NCBI GenBank assembly: GCA_963833125.1
Contig: CAWHWX010000035.1
Coordinates: 1-12,775 of the forward strand
Source of the DNA: Candidatus Bathyarchaeota archaeon
GTDB lineage: Archaea > Thermoproteota > Bathyarchaeia > 40CM-2-53-6
DNA length: 12,775 nucleotides
Reading direction: 5' to 3'
Under the pieces are notes generated by a model. It was not told the origin of the DNA, searched no databases, and saw nothing but the letters and a program-made list of their open reading frames with translations. A program made the position numbers and the translations under genes. Shown piece by piece: positions 8,273-12,775 of the stretch (its first letter is position 1; each line of letters begins with the position of its first letter).

Positions 8273-10063
8273 ATGGATAGACGAACGACTGTGCCGCTCA
8301 TGTTTTTATTGGTTTGTTCGGTTAATGCTCGCGGTCAGGCTCCACAGTTGCCAGCATTACCACTTACAACCGTGAGCCTTGCGCTTCCTTCTCAGGGAAC
8401 CTTGGCGTGCCCGACGTTGACGACTGGTTCTAACTGTATCCGCAACGTGCCTTCAGGCAGTGCGACGAGTCTTCAAAAAGCTATCAGTGCCGCAACTTGC
8501 GGCGACACGATCGTTCTCGTAGCGCCTTCGACTTACACCGGGAATTTTACCGTTCCTGCCACGTCCTGCTCGGGATGGATTGAAATTGTATCGGGCGGAC
8601 TAACTAGCTTACCTTCGCCTGGATCCAGGGTTGGACCCGCAAACGTGCCACACATGGCGACTATCTCGACGCCGAACGCTGCCCCGGCTATTCAATTTCT
8701 GCCTGGATCGAACCACTGGCGTCTGATAGGTCTAGAGATCACAACTTCTTACATGGACACGGTGGGCACGAATAATGGCTTGGTAACGCTCGGACTTCTG
8801 GCTGATGGTAATACCTCGATCAGCGTGCAATCACAATTGCCGGCCTATGTGATCTTTGACCGCATATACATACACGGATTATCTACCTCAAACACCAAAC
8901 GCGGTCTCCAAATGGATGGCCAATCTATCGGCGTAGTTGATAGCTACTGTGATGAAATCCATAACAACGGTCAAGATTCGCAATGTTTCGCTTCCTGGAA
9001 TGGTGTCGGCCCATACCTAATTCAAAACGATTTCGTGCAAGCTGGCGCGGAGAACATCCTTTTTGGCGGTGCCGATCCGGCAATAACCAACTTAGTTCCC
9101 TCGGACATCACGATCATAGGCAACGTAATTCAGAAGAACCTTGCATGGAAAACCGGAACAGTCCCCTATAATTGGGTGATAAAGAATTTGGTCGAGTTCA
9201 AGAATGCCCAGCGTGTTTTGCTTGACGGCAACGTTATTCAGAATATTTGGCCGTCGGGACAGGCAGGCTACGTGCTGGTGATTACGCCTAGAAACCAGAG
9301 TGGTAAATGCCCATGGTGTGTAGTTCAAGATCTCACGATCAGTCACAATTTGATTCAGCATGCCGCGGGCGGATTGACGATAGCTGGCGGAGATGCACCG
9401 CCGCCAAACGGCGACGGAGTGGGATACAGTTTGCCGTCGGCTAGGATACTCATTAAAAACAACGTTTTAGACGACATTAGTGGATCCAACTGGGGCGGAG
9501 ATGGGCGAGCATTTTTGATCACCTCTACTGCCACCCAATCCAACGCTCATGATCTAACAATTGACCACAACACGGCATTCCCTGATCACTTGATTCTGTA
9601 TTTTGGAGACAGCGGTGCTGTTGCGCGCACCCAGTTCACCAATGGTTTATATAACTACGGCTCATATGGGGTCGGCGGGACGGGTGCGGGTGGCGGTAGT
9701 TTAGCACTGAATACCTATGCTCCTGGATATATCTGGAATGATACTGTCATCATCTCAGTCAGCGGAAGTTCGGACGGAAACACATGGCCGTCTGGAACTT
9801 TTTGGAATTCTCAAACAGGCATTCAGTTCGTCAAGTTTGCGTCGGCTAACTATCAACTGTCGGCAACGAGTCCCTACCATAACGCGGGAAGCGATGGGAA
9901 GGATATCGGGGTGTGGGATTGGAGTTGTCTGAACAGCGATTCCGCCGCCGCTTTGGCTGGAACGTTTGTGCCTGGTCCATCTGGATGTGCATCAGCGGCA
10001 ACCACGGGCAGTGAGAATTTGTTGCCCCAACCTCCTGCGAGCTTGAGCTCGGTGGTGCAGTAG
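8273..10063 (+). CDS. Secreted right-handed parallel beta-helix (pectin lyase-like fold) protein
   Basis: Signal peptide MDRRTTVPLMFLLVCSVNARG|Q. N-cap motif SLQKAISAATCGDTIVL. Asn-ladder coils (ITIIGNVI, VLLDGNVIQN, LTISHNLIQH, ILIKNNVL, LTIDHNT). C-cap YQLSATSPYHNAGSDGKDIGV. Confidence 0.85.
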   Translation: MDRRTTVPLMFLLVCSVNARGQAPQLPALPLTTVSLALPSQGTLACPTLTTGSNCIRNVPSGSATSLQKAISAATCGDTIVLVAPSTYTGNFTVPATSCSGWIEIVSGGLTSLPSPGSRVGPANVPHMATISTPNAAPAIQFLPGSNHWRLIGLEITTSYMDTVGTNNGLVTLGLLADGNTSISVQSQLPAYVIFDRIYIHGLSTSNTKRGLQMDGQSIGVVDSYCDEIHNNGQDSQCFASWNGVGPYLIQNDFVQAGAENILFGGADPAITNLVPSDITIIGNVIQKNLAWKTGTVPYNWVIKNLVEFKNAQRVLLDGNVIQNIWPSGQAGYVLVITPRNQSGKCPWCVVQDLTISHNLIQHAAGGLTIAGGDAPPPNGDGVGYSLPSARILIKNNVLDDISGSNWGGDGRAFLITSTATQSNAHDLTIDHNTAFPDHLILYFGDSGAVARTQFTNGLYNYGSYGVGGTGAGGGSLALNTYAPGYIWNDTVIISVSGSSDGNTWPSGTFWNSQTGIQFVKFASANYQLSATSPYHNAGSDGKDIGVWDWSCLNSDSAAALAGTFVPGPSGCASAATTGSENLLPQPPASLSSVVQ

Positions 10064-10218
10064 GTAAACAGATTCGAAATCAATCTACAAGCAAGAAAGT
10101 AATATATTACAGGAGATCTTAAGGCATCCCGGCCTTAGGAGAGCGACTCTCGATTATCCATGTGCGGAATTGGGGGCATAGCAACTCTGAACTTGGCATA
10201 AAGCTCGATGTCGAACGC
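9848..10218 (+). repeat. Diverged direct repeat, copy 1 (beta-helix 3' end, spacer, asnB 5' end)
   Basis: Aligns by eye to 12399-12775. Shared blocks include CCTACCATAACGCGGGA, GGAACGTTTGTGC, AGTGAGAATT, GTGCAGTAGG, TCGAAATCAA, TTAAGGCATCCCGGC and ATGTGCGGAATTG. It may extend to about 10278, but the partner sequence runs off the window. Confidence 0.93.
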
Positions 10219-10281
10219 CTTCGACTGATGTGTAGTGCCATCGCGCACCGGGGGCCGGACGACGAAGGTCAAGAAATCCTA
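10160..10281 (+). pseudogene. asnB: 5' remnant of asparagine synthase (glutamine-hydrolyzing), frameshifted and truncated
   Basis: MCGIGGIAT, then a 1-nt deletion near 10187, then ELGIKLDVERLRLMCSAIAHRGPDDEGQEI. This has the Ntn Cys2 start and the HRGPD motif. Homology ends near 10278-10281. It is absent from the ORF track. Confidence 0.88.
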
Positions 10282-10289
10282 CAATACTC

Positions 10290-10766
10290 TCCGAAGAGAC
10301 AGCCTTCCGCTCTGACAAGGGAATAACATTCTCGAGTGCCCGCCACATGGCACCGGTGTGGTGCAGCACACCCCAGAAGTAGACAATTCGAACTGTTCGA
10401 GACTTGCTATGCATGTTACGTCGAGCACCGAACCTTGCTCTACTCGCCATCCCTGATCGTCCGCAAAATAGCGGCGCCTCAGCTCAGCCGTCGCCGCGAA
10501 CGAATAGGTGTCAAAAGAATGAACCTCGGCGCCCATTCGGCGCACCGCCAGACTGAATAAATCCACCTCGCCGACCCAACATCGAGAAACGATCTACCGT
10601 GAAGAGCATCGACGCCGAGCATTTGATTCAAGGATTGCTCCGTCCGTTTAATTCGCTCTTCGTCGAGCGATTCCAGAAACCTGCTCCAATTATGGCCAAA
10701 CTCGAATCGCTCTCCTGAGCTAACTTCTCGAGCATGGGCCACTGCGAGTGGATTACTTTGGCTCAT
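10290..10766 (-). pseudogene. Class I SAM methyltransferase pseudogene (several indels, 3' part missing)
   Basis: Three frames join: ERFEFGHNWSRFL...GRSFLDVGS / LFSLAVRRMGAEVHSFD...WRVEQGSVLD / IVYFWGVLHHTGAMWRALENVIPL. It ends abruptly tail-to-tail against the asnB stub. Confidence 0.85.
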
Positions 10767-10827
10767 ATTCTGAGTAGGCGTCCCGGCCGTGACTTGACTG
10801 CAGGTTTACAATGCCACACGCACAGGT

Positions 10828-10842
10828 AATCAGTAACTGATT
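10828..10842. promoter_or_regulatory. Inverted repeat AATCAGT-A-ACTGATT, candidate operator
   Basis: Perfect 7-bp arms with a 1-nt spacer, which is too tight for an RNA hairpin without opening pairs. It lies about 60 bp upstream of the pseudogene start at 10766. Confidence 0.35.
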
Positions 10843-10874
10843 GAGCTAATAGTAGATCGCCAAAATTCGAAAAA

Positions 10875-11921
10875 TCATCTGGGATCTTTGCGAATCACAA
10901 CGTCTAAATTCATGCTTGGTACTGTTCCCCATAGCTTGTCAGTCAACCGAAATGCAGCCGCGATGGACTGCTTAAGCAGCCGGTATCGCTTGGGATTCGT
11001 ACAGGACAGCCAATATGCAGCTCTATCCCGGTTCTTCGGCTGGATAATAGTAGGTCGTCCTGCTGTCGCTACACCCAAGTTGCGACAAATCTCCATCTCG
11101 GTTCCACCCCGAATGCCGCCTCTTAGATGTACGGACCAGTCCGGCGACTTATTTACCTGTGGATTCATCTTACTAAGTCTACGGGCAAGGAAGAGGCTCA
11201 TCGCGTCGGGTAGGTAGTTTATGAACCACAACCCAGTGCTGTGATGCTCGTAAGGAAAGTACCGATAGGGTGTCTGGTTTACGAGCAGCACTCCACCGTA
11301 GCTCATGGCTGACCAGATCAGAGGCATTAGTCGACGCCGTTCCGCTGGGAGTAGGTGCTCGTAGACGGCACTGAGCATGACGAAGTCGAAAGAGCCGATT
11401 CCTTGTGGAAGGTTGTTCGGATCCGGAGAGACCAGGAACTGAACATTCGAGAGATTCCGCACGGCAAGAACTTGTCGGGCAAGTTCAATGCTGACTCTTT
11501 CCAGCTCAACACCAACGACCTCAGTTTCAGGGAACATCGAGGCGATGCAGACAGTAGATGCGCCCGACCCGCATCCGAAATCCAACAGACGTTTGCCGCG
11601 AAAATCTGAGGGGTCAAAATAAGCCAAAAGTTGTCGGCTGAGCGTTCCTTTCAGGTATTCGGGATCGTCATGCCGAGCCAATGAGTCGCATAGCCAAGCG
11701 AAGGAGACCTTTAAGAAACTGGCAATCACGTTTGGCGGAAGCGAAGTCTCACAGGTGGTACGAGGGAGGAACGAATTACTGTCGACTGGTTTCAGCGTGA
11801 CTTTGAATCGACCATTCGGAAGCGGCAGAATCTCCACCGATCCTTCGGTCGTTCTGACAATCGTGCGAGATCCCTGAATGTCTTCACAAGGCTTGTGCGA
11901 GGGTTCTTGAGATGAGGTCAT
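10875..11921 (-). CDS. Class I SAM-dependent methyltransferase with an N-terminal extension
   Basis: Motifs RLLDFGCGSGAS, VVGVELE, FDFVMLSAVYEHL and NQTPYRYFPYEHH. The ATG at 11921 is preferred, although the ORF is open to 11957. Confidence 0.9.
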   Translation of the reverse strand: MTSSQEPSHKPCEDIQGSRTIVRTTEGSVEILPLPNGRFKVTLKPVDSNSFLPRTTCETSLPPNVIASFLKVSFAWLCDSLARHDDPEYLKGTLSRQLLAYFDPSDFRGKRLLDFGCGSGASTVCIASMFPETEVVGVELERVSIELARQVLAVRNLSNVQFLVSPDPNNLPQGIGSFDFVMLSAVYEHLLPAERRRLMPLIWSAMSYGGVLLVNQTPYRYFPYEHHSTGLWFINYLPDAMSLFLARRLSKMNPQVNKSPDWSVHLRGGIRGGTEMEICRNLGVATAGRPTIIQPKNRDRAAYWLSCTNPKRYRLLKQSIAAAFRLTDKLWGTVPSMNLDVVIRKDPR

Positions 11922-12395
11922 TTGCAGAATATGACACGTCAACGTTGACGCGCGCAACGCCGGCGGAAAGACGAGGTGGCGCTGTCCCCAAATCGCTCAT
12001 CCGAAGTAGTAACTTGGTCCATCTTTCGGGCGACAACTTGATGCCCAGCCTTTTTTCGGGCAAGGGCATCGCCGACGGCAGCACGACCCTAAGCGGAAAG
12101 CACGTTTGTTTGTGGGTCAAGACGCCGTCTCTAGGGCATCACTCTACGTTTTCCCATGTACCGGGAAGCAAAATCCAGAGATGGCGAAAGAGCCAGCGAG
12201 AAGGAACTCGATCGCGCATGCTCGAGAAGCTGGGATATTCGAGCGACTCCATGGCCGGCCCAGAGTACAAAGCCGAGAATCACAAGAATCAGAAACAAAC
12301 GGCATGGATACACCGACGAATTTGAATCTGCATATGGCTTCCATCTCAATTTGGGCAGCTCGTACCTATCCCGCACCATATTTCGCAAAGCCCAC

Positions 12396-12610
12396 GGCAA
12401 CTTCCAGCTCCCATCGACAAGTTCCTACCATAACGCGGGAGCGACGGGAAGGATGTTGGGATGTCGGATTGGAATTGTTTGAACAGCGGCTCCGCGGCTG
12501 CTTTAGCGGGAACGTTTGTGCGTGGCCCTGGTGGATGCGCCGTAACTGCAAGTTTACCGAGTGAGAATTCGTTGCCGCAAACGCGCAGCAGCTTGGCGGT
12601 AGTGCAGTAG
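12396..12610 (+). pseudogene. 3' remnant of a second beta-helix protein gene (homologue of 8273-10063)
   Basis: GNFQLPSTSSYHNAG, then a 1-nt deletion near 12440, then DGKDVGMSDWNCLNSGSAAALAGTFVRGPGGCAVTASLPSENSLPQTRSSLAVVQ*. This matches the last ~70 aa of the intact gene, and no upstream homology is evident. Confidence 0.9.
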
Positions 12611-12775
12611 GGAAACAGCGGTCGAAATCAAATGCAAAGACAAGAAAGTCATAGATAATACAGGGGAGTCCATTTTAAGGCATCCCGGCTTTGGGATAGC
12701 GACTCACCACTATCTATGTGCGGAATTGCAGGCATCGCGACCTCAGAACCCGACGTAAGACTCGACATCGAACGC
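12399..12775 (+). repeat. Diverged direct repeat, copy 2
   Basis: Partner of 9848-10218 at an offset of about 2.55 kb. A hand count over the last 60 nt gives 45/60 identical positions. Confidence 0.93.
12716..12775 (+). CDS. asnB: Asparagine synthase (glutamine-hydrolyzing)/amidotransferase, 5' end only (runs off the window)
   Basis: MCGIAGIATSEPDVRLDIER is in frame to the window edge and homologous to the stub at 10160, which continues to HRGPDDEG. Only 20 codons are visible. Confidence 0.8.
   Translation, partial: MCGIAGIATSEPDVRLDIER

Noticed and set aside
527-11617. Many 60-120 aa ORFs overlapping the main genes in other frames or antisense
   Set aside because: They are shadow ORFs with no motifs, except the fragments used to rebuild the frameshifted genes.
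11950-12030. Resemblance to a c-di-GMP-I riboswitch (GCAA...GAAA...)
   Set aside because: The GGCAAA and GACGCAAA cores and the P2/P3 pairing could not be built.
11912-12564. Plus-strand ORFs 11912-12325, 12106-12564 and 12156-12482 as genes
   Set aside because: They have no recognisable motifs. The only meaningful part is the frameshifted beta-helix remnant from about 12396.
12596-12603. ops-like GGCGGTAG (also near 9693)
   Set aside because: Both lie in coding or pseudogene sequence, lack the downstream TG and JUMPstart context, and the 12596 site is not conserved in repeat copy 1.
1-12775. CRISPR array, tRNA, rRNA, transposase or integrase
   Set aside because: No regularly spaced repeats, cloverleaf, rRNA-like sequence or recombinase motifs were seen by eye.

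Overview
This window is part of a Wzx/Wzy-type surface or exopolysaccharide biosynthesis and decoration locus, plausibly from an Acidobacteriota-like organism (inference only). In order it holds: a multiply frameshifted O-antigen ligase/polymerase-family gene (+); a class I SAM methyltransferase with one frameshift (-); a Wzx flippase (+); a conserved hypothetical protein with deacetylase-like motifs (+); a GT4 glycosyltransferase (-); a second methyltransferase with a Cys-rich insert (+); and a secreted right-handed beta-helix protein (+). The right third shows an insertion-duplication pattern. A diverged direct repeat of at least 370 bp (beta-helix 3' end, spacer, asnB 5' end) occurs at about 9848-10218 and 12399-12775 and brackets a methyltransferase pseudogene, an intact methyltransferase and a structured spacer. 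Copy 1 keeps the intact beta-helix gene next to a dead asnB stub. Copy 2 has a dead beta-helix stub next to an in-frame asnB start that runs off the window. No rRNA, tRNA, CRISPR array or transposase was recognised. All alignments and translations outside the ORF track were done by hand.
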